From positions 187 through 64,186 of the forward strand of contig DAOUEZ010000003.1 of the NCBI GenBank assembly GCA_034429995.1: 64,000 nt of DNA, in the 5' to 3' direction. This stretch comes from Dehalococcoidia bacterium. Its GTDB lineage: Bacteria > Chloroflexota > Dehalococcoidia > SM23-28-2. The notes under the pieces were generated by a model that saw only the letters and a program-made list of their open reading frames with translations, searched no databases and was not told the DNA's origin. This document shows, piece after piece, positions 7,513-17,946 of this stretch. The first letter of the stretch is position 1. Every line of letters begins with the position of its first letter. Both the position numbers and the translations under genes were made by a program.

Positions 7513-8877
7513 CTATGTGTAGCGCCTCACGGTAAAGCGAAGGAGCTCGGGCGACTCCTCGGAGGAAATGCCTGCCTTGGCCTTGGCGATCGATATCTGC
7601 TCCTCCACCGTGCTCACCCCCTCGAGGTCCGGCAGGAGGAGGCCGCGACGAGGGCCGAGGCGGACGATGAGACCGTAGCGCTTGGGGTCGAGCTCCTCGG
7701 GGTCGGCCACGGGCTCTGCGGGAGAGAGAACGTCCACGCTGTAGGAGAGCTCAGTGAGCTCTTCGGGGCTCACCTCCAGAAAGCGGGGGTCGCGGGTCGC
7801 GGAGTCGATGGCGTTGCGCACTACCTCCAGGGCGAGGTTGGCCTGGGTTGCCTCGATGGTGCCGATACAGCCTCGCAGTTCGCCGCGCTTCTTGATGGAG
7901 ACGAAGGCCCCGGCCCGTTGCAGCATCTCCCCCGAGGGCTCCGTCGGCTCGATGATGCGGCGGTGGCGGACGAAGGTCTCGACGGCCTCCCTGGCCAGGC
8001 GGACCAGGGGGTGGCTGCCGGCCTCCGCGCCGGGGTTTGCCGAAGCCTTTCGGGCCTGTGCAGGGCGTTCGATATCGACGGCTGCCACCAGATAGCCCAC
8101 GCCGAAGGGCCCCTCGTAGGAGAGGACGCGGGGCCGGGCCGTCAGGCCGTCCAGGGCGCCCATGAGGAAGCTCAGCGATGGCACCGCGTCCTCGGCTGCC
8201 TGCTGGCGGAAGCCAGCGTCCATCTCCAGGACTGTCTTGACGTCCCACTCTGCGATCGCTTTCTGGATCTGCTCGTCGAACAGGGGGCCTGTGGGGCCGT
8301 AGTTCAGGTTGTGGGAGAGGTCGGCGCTGGCAATGATGACCACTCGCTTGCCCAGGCGCTCGGTGGCTCGGGCGACGGCTTGCCCCAGAGCGAAGTGCTG
8401 CTGCGGTGGCAGGTAGGATACGCACAGGGGCACCAGCTTGGCTCCCGCCAGGCCTGGCCGCAGGTAATAGAGGGGAACGGTGCAGCCCCAGTCCAGCCCG
8501 TCGCACCAGCGGCCTGTGGAGTCGCGGTAGCGCCAGCGCTCCAGGGGCTCGAGGGGCACTTTGGACTGCTGGGCTTCCTCGCGGATGAGGGAGGCTGCCT
8601 CCATATCGTTCTCGAAGGCGAATGTCACCTGGGGAGCATCCCAGGCGTCGAGACTGCCGTCAGCGCTGGGGCCGGCCAGGATGGCGAAGGCGTCGGGCTG
8701 CGCTGGCCCATGGGGGCTGATGAGGATGGCCGTCTCCGGCTGGTGCTGGGCCATCTCCCGCGCCACCTGCTCCAGGGCATCTATCGTCTTCTGGGTCCCC
8801 CGCTCGCGGCCATGCCCGATCTCGTGGACGATGATCGGCGGATGGGGGGAGACGCAGGCGAACACTATTGATGCCAT
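7513..8877 (-). CDS. Fusion protein: LigB/Memo-like extradiol-dioxygenase class III domain (N-terminal) plus AMMECR1 domain (C-terminal)
   Basis: N-terminus [14 protein letters not shown]...ILISPHGP is LigB-superfamily. C-terminus [21 protein letters not shown] is the AMMECR1 signature. The start is chosen at ATG 8877, which has an AAGGA RBS. Confidence 0.65.
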   Translation of the reverse strand: MASIVFACVSPHPPIIVHEIGHGRERGTQKTIDALEQVAREMAQHQPETAILISPHGPAQPDAFAILAGPSADGSLDAWDAPQVTFAFENDMEAASLIREEAQQSKVPLEPLERWRYRDSTGRWCDGLDWGCTVPLYYLRPGLAGAKLVPLCVSYLPPQQHFALGQAVARATERLGKRVVIIASADLSHNLNYGPTGPLFDEQIQKAIAEWDVKTVLEMDAGFRQQAAEDAVPSLSFLMGALDGLTARPRVLSYEGPFGVGYLVAAVDIERPAQARKASANPGAEAGSHPLVRLAREAVETFVRHRRIIEPTEPSGEMLQRAGAFVSIKKRGELRGCIGTIEATQANLALEVVRNAIDSATRDPRFLEVSPEELTELSYSVDVLSPAEPVADPEELDPKRYGLIVRLGPRRGLLLPDLEGVSTVEEQISIAKAKAGISSEESPELLRFTVRRYT

Positions 8878-9037
8878 GACTTTCCTTTCGTCCATTATAT
8901 CCCTCGTCAGGGAGGGGCTAAAGCCCCTGTCCAGCGCGGCAGTTGTCAACCTGGTTAGGGACGGGGGATGATTCCTGACTGGGGTGGAGGGAAGGCAGCC
9001 AGAAGGGAGTCGGACTCATAGCAAAGCAAAGGAGCAC

Positions 9038-10405
9038 CTATCGCTCCAGGGCGGCCACCACGGCCTCTACCAGGGTCGAGTCGTCCTCGGGAGCGACAGT
9101 GCGAGGGTCGAGGAGGAGCTGGTCGTGCTCGATGCGGCCGATCAGCGGCGGCTGGCCCAGGCGCAGACGCTGGGCCAGCTCCGACACACTCCGGCCGCCG
9201 TGGGCCGGAATGGCCACCACCCTGGTGGGCAGCTCCTCCTCTGGCAAGCTGCCGCCGCCGACCATCGACCGGCCGTGCTGGATGCGAGCGGGCGCGCCGA
9301 TGGCCCGCGCCCAACGGCGGGCCCTTCTTTCGATGCTTGTCAGGGGCATAGCGATCATTCGCCACACAGGGATCTTCTCCAGCGCCTCGCCCCGCACATA
9401 GTGAATGGCGGTGGCGGCCAGGGCGGCGATGGCGGCCTTGCCCATGCGCAGGGGTCGCGCCAGGGGGTGCCGGCGCAGGCGGGCCACCAGTTCCTCGCGG
9501 CCGACGATGATGCCCGCTTGGGGGCCGCCCAGGAGCTTGTCGCCGGAGAACATAGTCAGGTCGGCGCCGGCGGCGACGCTCTCCTGGACTGTAGGCTCGG
9601 CGGCTAGGCTGAACTGGCTGGTATCGATCAGGCAACCGCTGCCCAGGTCGTCCAGAAGCAGGAGGCCGCGCTCGTGGGCCAGACGAGCCAGGTCTTCAAG
9701 GGGGGTCGATTCCACGAAACCGATGATGCGGAAGTTGCTGGCGTGCGCTCGCATGAGAGCGGCCGTGTCATCGGTGATGGCCTGCTGATAGTCGCTGAGG
9801 TAGGTGCGATTGGTGGTGCCCACCTCGACGAGGCGAGCACCGCTCTGGTGCATCACCTCGGGGATGCGGAAGCCGCCGCCGATCTCCACCGCCTGGCCGC
9901 GGGAGATGATGACCTCTCGCTCCTTGGCCAGGGCAGTGAGGGCCAGAAGGACAGCGCCAGCGTTGTTGTTGACGGCCATCGCTGCCTGGGCGCCGCTGAT
10001 CTGGCACAGAAGGGCCTCCAGGTGCGCCAGGCGGTGGCCTCGTTCGCCCTCCGTCAGGTCGAACTCCAGGTTGCTGTAGCCCCGCGATACTGCCTCCATG
10101 GCCGCTATGGCCTCCGGCGAGAGGGGGGCCCGCCCCAGGTTGGTGTGAATGATGACGCCGGTGGCGTTGATCAGCGGTCGGAGGGTGGGCTGGAGAAGGA
10201 GTTCGGCACGAGCCAGCACCGACTCCACTAGCACTTCGGTTGGCGGGCATTCATGGCCGGCGGCGATGTCTCGGCGGGCCTCTTGCAGTTGCTGGCGGAT
10301 CAGCTCGGCCACGCCGTCGCTGGCCATCCGCGAGGCGAGGGGGCGGATGCGCCGGTGGGCCAGCAGGCGGCTCACGCTGGGCAGATTGCGGAAGGGACTG
10401 GTCAC
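9038..10405 (-). CDS. selA: L-seryl-tRNA(Sec) selenium transferase SelA
   Basis: The exact conserved PLP-lysine motif FSGDKLLGGPQAG is present. The protein shows SelA-family similarity over its full length and is 455 aa. Confidence 0.85.
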   Translation of the reverse strand: MTSPFRNLPSVSRLLAHRRIRPLASRMASDGVAELIRQQLQEARRDIAAGHECPPTEVLVESVLARAELLLQPTLRPLINATGVIIHTNLGRAPLSPEAIAAMEAVSRGYSNLEFDLTEGERGHRLAHLEALLCQISGAQAAMAVNNNAGAVLLALTALAKEREVIISRGQAVEIGGGFRIPEVMHQSGARLVEVGTTNRTYLSDYQQAITDDTAALMRAHASNFRIIGFVESTPLEDLARLAHERGLLLLDDLGSGCLIDTSQFSLAAEPTVQESVAAGADLTMFSGDKLLGGPQAGIIVGREELVARLRRHPLARPLRMGKAAIAALAATAIHYVRGEALEKIPVWRMIAMPLTSIERRARRWARAIGAPARIQHGRSMVGGGSLPEEELPTRVVAIPAHGGRSVSELAQRLRLGQPPLIGRIEHDQLLLDPRTVAPEDDSTLVEAVVAALER

Positions 10406-10522
10406 GACAACCTCGAACAGAATCCAGAAAGTGCCCTTATTCTATCATATCGAGGGCTTTCCCTTGACCCTCGTGTGCCCCCTCATCTATCATAGGTTCA
10501 AAGCTAGATTTGGAGGACTTCA

Positions 10523-11629
10523 ATGAACCTACGTATTCCTGGTCCTACGCCTGTTCCGCCCGAGGTGCTGGAGGCGAACGCTCGCCCGATGATCAATCAT
10601 CGCGGGCGGGAGTTCGCCGGCATCCTCGACCGGGTGACCAGTCGTCTCAAGGAATTCTTCCTGACGAAGAACGACCTGTTCATCCTCACCACCTCCGGGA
10701 CCGGCGCTATGGAGGCGGCGGTGGTCAATACCCTGTCGCCCGGCGACCGTGTGCTGGTGATCTCCATCGGTGCTTTCGGTGATCGCTTTGCGAACATCGC
10801 CAAGGCCTACAGCGCTGAGGTGAGTCGGCTCGATTACGAGTGGGGCAAGGCCGCCGACCCCGAGGACGTGCGGCGCGCCCTGGCTGCTGACCCGGCCATT
10901 AAGGCGGTGCTGGTGACCCACAACGAGACATCCACGGGCGTCACCAACCCGCTGGAGGACATCGCCCGTGTGGTGCGGGAGTTCGACAAGCTGCTGCTGG
11001 TGGATGCCGTAAGCAGCCTAAGCGCCATTCCTGTCCGTACCGACGATTGGGGGCTGGACTTCGTGGCTACCGCCTCTCAGAAGGGGTGGATGGTGCCGCC
11101 GGCTCTGGGCATGGTCTCGGTGGGCCCGCGTGCCTGGGAGGCTCATGCCAAGGCCAAGATGCCCCGTTTCTACATGGACATTACGGCTGCCAAGGACTAC
11201 CTTGGCCGTGGTCAGACGCCCTGGACACCCGCCATCTCCGTCTTCTACGGCCTCGAGTTGGCCCTGGACATAATGGCCCGGGAGGGTCTGGAGAACATCT
11301 TCGCTCGCCATCGGCGCATAGGCCAGTTCGTGCGCGACGGCGTGAAGGCGCTGGGGCTGGAGCTGTTCGCCGACCAGCGCTTTGCCTCCGATACGGTAAG
11401 CGCTGTCAAGGTGCCCGAGGGGGTGGACGGCAAGGCCCTTCAGAAGCTCTGCGAGGACGAGTACGACCTGATAATCGGCGGCGGCCAGGCCAAACTAGCC
11501 GGCAAGATCTTCCGCATTGGCCACCTGGGCTTCGTGTCAGAGGAGGACATACAAGCGGCTCTGGACGTGCTGGCCAAGGCCCTGCCGCGGGTGGGATTCG
11601 CCGTCCCTGCTGTTGGCTCCGGAGGGTGA
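10523..11629 (+). CDS. serC: Class V aminotransferase, probable phosphoserine aminotransferase (archaeal type)
   Basis: Aminotransferase class V fold with the ATASQKG PLP-lysine region. It sits immediately upstream of serA. Confidence 0.7.
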   Translation: MNLRIPGPTPVPPEVLEANARPMINHRGREFAGILDRVTSRLKEFFLTKNDLFILTTSGTGAMEAAVVNTLSPGDRVLVISIGAFGDRFANIAKAYSAEVSRLDYEWGKAADPEDVRRALAADPAIKAVLVTHNETSTGVTNPLEDIARVVREFDKLLLVDAVSSLSAIPVRTDDWGLDFVATASQKGWMVPPALGMVSVGPRAWEAHAKAKMPRFYMDITAAKDYLGRGQTPWTPAISVFYGLELALDIMAREGLENIFARHRRIGQFVRDGVKALGLELFADQRFASDTVSAVKVPEGVDGKALQKLCEDEYDLIIGGGQAKLAGKIFRIGHLGFVSEEDIQAALDVLAKALPRVGFAVPAVGSGG

Positions 11630-11637
11630 GGCCCTAG

Positions 11638-13220
11638 TGGCCCCAAAAGTTCTGGTCTGTGACCCGATAGCCGAGGACGGCGTCAAGGCCCTGGAAGAGT
11701 TCGGCGCCCAGGTAGACGTGCGCTTGGGCATGTCACCCCAGGAGCTGATCTCCGCCATCGGCGAGTACGACGCCGTCGTCGTTCGCAGTGAGACGAAGAT
11801 AACGGCCGAGGCTATCGCAGCGGCTAACAGCCTTCAGATCATCGGACGGGCCGGGATCGGCGTGGACAACATCGATGTGGACGCTGCGACTCAGCGGGGC
11901 ATCCTGGTGGTCAACGCGCCCACGGGCAACATCATTTCGGCCGTCGAGCATACCATCGCCCTGATGCTGGCCCTGGCTCGCAACATCCCCCAGGCCAACG
12001 CTTCTCTCAAGGGCGGTAAGTGGGATCGCAAGCGCTTCATGGGGGTGGAGTTGCGGGGCAAGACTCTGGGCATCATCGGCCTGGGCCAGGTGGGCTCAGA
12101 GGTAGCGCGGCGAGCGCGGGGCCTGGAGATGCAGGTCGTGGGCTATGACCCCTTCCTGCCGGAAGAGCGGGCCCGCGTTCTGGGAGTGAAGATGATCCCT
12201 CTGGAGGATCTTCTTCGCCAATCGGACTTCATTGGCGTCCACACAACCCTCACCGAGGGGACGCGGGGGCTGATCGGCGGCGAGCAGCTAGCGATGATGA
12301 AGCCCACCGCTCGCATCATCAACACCGCTCGTGGTGGCGTCATCGATGAAAAGGCCCTGTATCAGGCGGTTGAGGAGGGCCGCATCGCTGGTGCCGCCGT
12401 CGATGTTTTCGTCAAGGAGCCGGCGGTGGGCAACAAGCTGACGGAGAGCGACCGCATCGTGGTGACGCCTCACCTGGGGGCCTCCACCGCCGAGGCCCAG
12501 GAGCGGGTGGCCGTGGACGTGGCAGAGGAGATCATCGCCCACCTGAAGGGCGAGCCCGTTCGCTACGCTGTCAATGCTCCCCTCATCCCGCCGGAGACTC
12601 TCTCCTTCCTGGCGCCATATGTTGACGTGGCGGTGAAAACGGGGCTGTTCGCCCAGCAGTTGTGCGAGGGGCAGTTGAGGGATGTTCAGATAGAGTACGC
12701 GGGCGAGATCAGCCAGCATGACGTGGCCCTCCTGAAGGTGGCGGTTATCCGGGGGCTGCTGTCATCCATCAGCGAGGAGCCGGTGAATATCGTCAACGCC
12801 AACCTGATTGCCCAGAGGCGAGGCCTGCGCATCGTCGAGCATAAGGGCCCCTCACACGAGATCTACAGCAACCTGGTGGGCGTGCGGCTCGCTACCAGCG
12901 TTGGCGAGACGACCGTCTCGGCCACTCTGGCCGACGATGGCCCCCATGTCGTCCTGGTGAATGACTACTGGGTGGACATCCCGCCCAGCGAGGGCTATCT
13001 GCTGGTCTGCGAGAACGAGGACCGGCCGGGGATGATCGGCGCTGTAGGCACGATACTGGGCGACTTCAATGTGAACATCAGCTTCATGAACGTGGGCCGC
13101 CACGAGCGTCGTGGCTCCGCCCTCATGGTGCTCGCCCTGGACGAGGCGCTCACCGGCGAGCAACTCAAGAAGGTCAAGGAGATCCCCGGTATCTTCTCGG
13201 CGCGCCTGGTGCGGCTGTAG
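11638..13220 (+). CDS. serA: D-3-phosphoglycerate dehydrogenase (with C-terminal ACT domain)
   Basis: The Rossmann motif GIIGLGQVG, 2-hydroxyacid dehydrogenase catalytic regions and an ACT tail are present. The GTG start at 11638 gives ~527 aa. The ORF track start at 11517 overlaps the serC-like gene. Confidence 0.85.
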
Positions 13221-14546
<1,326 letters not shown>

Positions 14547-14637
14547 GGGGACTCCTAGGTGGATGATAGCCTGATCGGTGCTCTTCAGTAAAGGATCGCC
14601 GCCGTTGATCCTTCCAGTCTTGGGCCGCTAGAATGGC

Positions 14638-14657
14638 CCTGCCCGGCAGCGGGCAGG
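14638..14657. promoter_or_regulatory. Perfect 8 bp stem / 4 nt loop hairpin in the HIT gene leader
   Basis: CCTGCCCG-GCAG-CGGGCAGG lies directly after a TAGAAT -10-like hexamer (14628-14633), ~40 nt upstream of the HIT start. Confidence 0.3.
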
Positions 14658-14696
14658 CGCAAGCAAGAAGAAGACGCTTCGATCAGGGGGCCCAGC

Positions 14697-15020
14697 GTGC
14701 AGTATCACTGTAGTTTCTGCCAAATCGTTGCTCATGAGGCGGAGGCGGAGATCGTCTATGAGGACGACGAGGTGATGGTGTTTCGCAACCTGCTGCACTG
14801 GGTGCCGGTGATGCTGGTGGCCGTCCCCAAGCGCCACGTCACCCAAGAGGAGCTGTGGCAGAACATGGGTCGGGTGGGGGAGATCGCCGTGCGCATGGGC
14901 CAGGAGCACTGCCCGAGTGGCTTCCGCCTGCTCTCTAACTTCGGCGTCGACGCCGTGCAGAGCCAGCAGCACGGCCACGTGCACATCCTGGGGGGTACCT
15001 TCCTGGGGGAGTACGCCTAG
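14697..15020 (+). CDS. HIT family protein (histidine triad nucleotide hydrolase)
   Basis: Histidine triad [11 protein letters not shown]. Confidence 0.8.
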   Translation: MQYHCSFCQIVAHEAEAEIVYEDDEVMVFRNLLHWVPVMLVAVPKRHVTQEELWQNMGRVGEIAVRMGQEHCPSGFRLLSNFGVDAVQSQQHGHVHILGGTFLGEYA

Positions 15021-15757
15021 GGGTCGCGTATATCGATCTCGGCGAGGGCGAGCCTCTGGGCCTCGAACAGGCGGCGGATGCCTGTATCCGCCAGGTCGAG
15101 GAGCTCGTTCATCGCCTGGCGGCTGAAGGGGTGGCTCTCCCCGGTGCCCTGGACCTCTACCAGCTCGCCGTCGGCGGTCATCACCACGTTGAAGTCGACC
15201 TCGGCGCGGGCGTCCTCATCGTAGCAAAGGTCGAGCACGGGCACGCCGTCGACGACGCCGGCGCTGGTGGCCGCTACGGGGCAGCGCAGGGGCGTGGAAG
15301 CGATGTCGCCCTGCTGGACGAGTCGGGCGCAGGCCTGGCGCAAAGCGACGTAGGCGCCGGTGATGGCCGCCGTGCGGGTGCCGCCGTCGGCCTGGATGAC
15401 GTCGCAGTCGACGGTGAGGGTGCGCTCGCCCAGGAGGTCGAGCTTGCAGACGGCCCGCAGGGAGCGGCCGATGAGGCGCTGGATCTCGTGGGTGCGGGCG
15501 CCGACGCGGCCGAGGGCGGCCTCGCGGGGGCTGCGGGTCGAGGTGGAGCGAGGGAGCATGCCGTACTCGGCGGTGACCCAGCCGGAGCCGGAGCCGCGGA
15601 GGAAGGGCGGCAGCCTGCTCTCGACGCTGACGGCGCAGAGGACGATGGTTTGCCCCAGCTCGATGAGGGCGGAGCCCTCGGCGTGGGCGAGGTAGCTGGG
15701 GGTGATGCGCAGCTGGCGCATCTGGTCGGGCTGGCGGCCGTCGGGTCGCGTGGTCAT
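15017..15757 (-). CDS. rph: Ribonuclease PH
   Basis: Typical Rph sequence throughout ([10 protein letters not shown]...[11 protein letters not shown]...[18 protein letters not shown]). Confidence 0.9.
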   Translation of the reverse strand: MTTRPDGRQPDQMRQLRITPSYLAHAEGSALIELGQTIVLCAVSVESRLPPFLRGSGSGWVTAEYGMLPRSTSTRSPREAALGRVGARTHEIQRLIGRSLRAVCKLDLLGERTLTVDCDVIQADGGTRTAAITGAYVALRQACARLVQQGDIASTPLRCPVAATSAGVVDGVPVLDLCYDEDARAEVDFNVVMTADGELVEVQGTGESHPFSRQAMNELLDLADTGIRRLFEAQRLALAEIDIRDP

Positions 15758-15810
15758 AGCGGGATCACCAGGGGGAAGTATAACATGCTGTCCCCTTGTT
15801 TGAGATGTTT

Positions 15811-17811
15811 CTACCGACCTTCGACTGCCGTCGGTGGCGGCTGGGCTGCCTCAAGGTTGGCAACGACAGCCCTCGCGGATTCGAGCAGGTCATCATACGT
15901 CCGAATCGTGAAACGACCTCGGGTATTGATGTTTGATCGGGCAAGGCGGGTCTGATCAGCGGCCGTGAGGCTCGCGCGTCTTCCGATGATTACCAGACCC
16001 TCTGGCGAGAGGCATCGCGGCAAGCGTTTCTGAGCGTATGCGTTGTTCTCCTCCACCCACTGCTGCCAGTCCTCGACCTGCTGCCGAGCGTGGGCCAGGT
16101 CTGCTGCGGGCTGCCCTTGCTTTGTGTAGAGTCGGCGGTTCGGATTCTCGATCTCCACCATTACGTACCGCGCATCAGGGTACTCAAGCACAAAGTCCGC
16201 CTGAAATTCGGCTCCAAGCTCGTGCTCGGTATGAAGGCGCAGAGTGTCTAAGCCGAAGATGAACCGGCTCGCCTCGGACTTCAGGAACTGCTTGATCTCC
16301 TCTTCGTGGACGCCCGGCTTGTCGAGTAAGCCTTCAAACTCGTCGAGTCGATGACGGAACACCTCCGGGCGCAGCCCCGTCTCCGCGTGCACAGCTTGCA
16401 TAGCAGTCTCCAACTCTTCGATCCTGCCTACAGCCAGCGAAAGGGTGTTCGTCAGTCGCGCCTTCTCCATTTCCTCCAGCACACGTTTGAGGAGGTCGGG
16501 AGTCGATTGGAGTTCCCGCCTAGCGCGTGCGGCCAGGGCGTTGATCTCGCCGAAGCGTTTCTGCCGAAACAGCGACAGATACTTGGCGACCCACAAGTCG
16601 ACTGCTACCGGCCAAGCCTGTATCTGCCAAGTTGAAAGTGCTTGGTCTATCAAGCGATCGCCTTTCTCGTAGTCCTCTCGTTCAATCGCGAGCCACCCGA
16701 GATTGTTGATCACAACGGCGTCGTCCGGGCTGAGTTCGTGGGCTCTTGCCAGATCCTTCTCGGCCTTGTTGTACTCCTTCCTGTGTAACCACACGGCTGC
16801 CCGCGTGTTCCAGACAATGGCGTTCTCGATCTCCTCGCCTATCGCCTGGTCACAGGCAGCCACAGCCTCATCCAATCTTCCGAGCTTGTAGAGAGCCAGA
16901 GGCCGGTAGGTCAGAACCTGTCTGTGAATATGGACGTCTTGGGAATTAGCGGCCGCGAAGTCAAGCTCCTCGAGCGCCTCCGCATTTCTATCTAGATCTG
17001 ATAGCGTGAGGCCGCGCTGCAGCGCGAGATAGGCATCCTTCGCTCCGAACTCGATAGCCCGGTCGATGGCCTCGAGAGAAGCGTCGTAGCGCCCCAGAAA
17101 CCTGCTCGCGACGCCGATACCACCCCACGATTTCACGTCCCGCGGGTTCCATTCAAGGACTTGCTCGAAGCAACGGATTGCCTCGCGGAGGTCGTCCTTG
17201 CTGCGGATAGCGAGACCACGGGTCAGGTGAACGCGCGCCTTCCCACGCTGGGCTGAGACGGCCGCTGGCTCTCCCACCACCCCCGGCGTTGGCGACTTAT
17301 TCTGGATGACGTTCTGATATTCCTTGAGGGCCGCCTCCCATTTGCCAAGGTTCGCCAGGCAGTCGCCTATGAGGACGTGCATCAAGGAATTGAAGTGGCG
17401 CGTGTATCGGATCGCCCTTCTGGCGGCGTCTATCGCCTTCTTGGAGCGGCCCAGGCCGTAGTGTGCCTTCGCTGCGGACTCTAGGAGAAGAGGTTCACTC
17501 GGCGAAAGCTTCAGGCCCGTCTGCGCTGCTCGAAGAGCCTCGTCGCTGCGCGCGGCAGCACCCCATGCTTCTGAGAGCACCAACCAGGCGCCGGGCAGTC
17601 TGGGGTCGGCATCTATTGCCCTCTTAGCCGCATTCAGTTGGCGCTTCCCATCGCCTAGCCGCCAATATGCGATAGAAAGGTTCGCCCAGGCTGGGGCGAA
17701 GTCTGGGCGGAGTTGGACACATTTTTCAAAGCTCGCGGCTGCCCGCGCCCAGTTTCTCGTTGCTAGAGCCAGGTGAGCAATGTCGAAGAGCTGATCGAAG
17801 TCGTCGGTCAT
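15811..17811 (-). CDS. TPR-repeat protein with a C-terminal restriction-endonuclease-like (PD-(D/E)xK, DUF4263/Shedu-like) domain
   Basis: Residues ~1-440 are TPR repeats. The C-terminal ~200 aa read [38 protein letters not shown]...[12 protein letters not shown]...GLVIIGR, a D...ExE/K...Q...IIGR pattern resembling DUF4263 (Shedu SduA) nuclease domains. Domain assignment is from memory, not a search. Confidence 0.5.
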   Translation of the reverse strand: MTDDFDQLFDIAHLALATRNWARAAASFEKCVQLRPDFAPAWANLSIAYWRLGDGKRQLNAAKRAIDADPRLPGAWLVLSEAWGAAARSDEALRAAQTGLKLSPSEPLLLESAAKAHYGLGRSKKAIDAARRAIRYTRHFNSLMHVLIGDCLANLGKWEAALKEYQNVIQNKSPTPGVVGEPAAVSAQRGKARVHLTRGLAIRSKDDLREAIRCFEQVLEWNPRDVKSWGGIGVASRFLGRYDASLEAIDRAIEFGAKDAYLALQRGLTLSDLDRNAEALEELDFAAANSQDVHIHRQVLTYRPLALYKLGRLDEAVAACDQAIGEEIENAIVWNTRAAVWLHRKEYNKAEKDLARAHELSPDDAVVINNLGWLAIEREDYEKGDRLIDQALSTWQIQAWPVAVDLWVAKYLSLFRQKRFGEINALAARARRELQSTPDLLKRVLEEMEKARLTNTLSLAVGRIEELETAMQAVHAETGLRPEVFRHRLDEFEGLLDKPGVHEEEIKQFLKSEASRFIFGLDTLRLHTEHELGAEFQADFVLEYPDARYVMVEIENPNRRLYTKQGQPAADLAHARQQVEDWQQWVEENNAYAQKRLPRCLSPEGLVIIGRRASLTAADQTRLARSNINTRGRFTIRTYDDLLESARAVVANLEAAQPPPTAVEGR

Positions 17812-17946
17812 GGTGCCTATGCCCAGCGAAGTCAGTGCCGGGAGCGGACATCACACTCCCGTGGCCAAGAGGCACTTTTCTTCTCCCAAATGATATCAAC
17901 AAACGCCAGAGGACGCCATGTTGCGCCGTGCCGGTACCGCAGCGCG

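Noticed and set aside
9038-10522. Search for tRNA-Sec or a selenoprotein with in-frame TGA near selA
   Set aside because: The flanking intergenic regions (8950-9037, 10406-10522) are too short or AT-rich promoter-like and show no cloverleaf-compatible sequence. No pair of adjacent same-frame ORFs separated by a single TGA was seen in the window.
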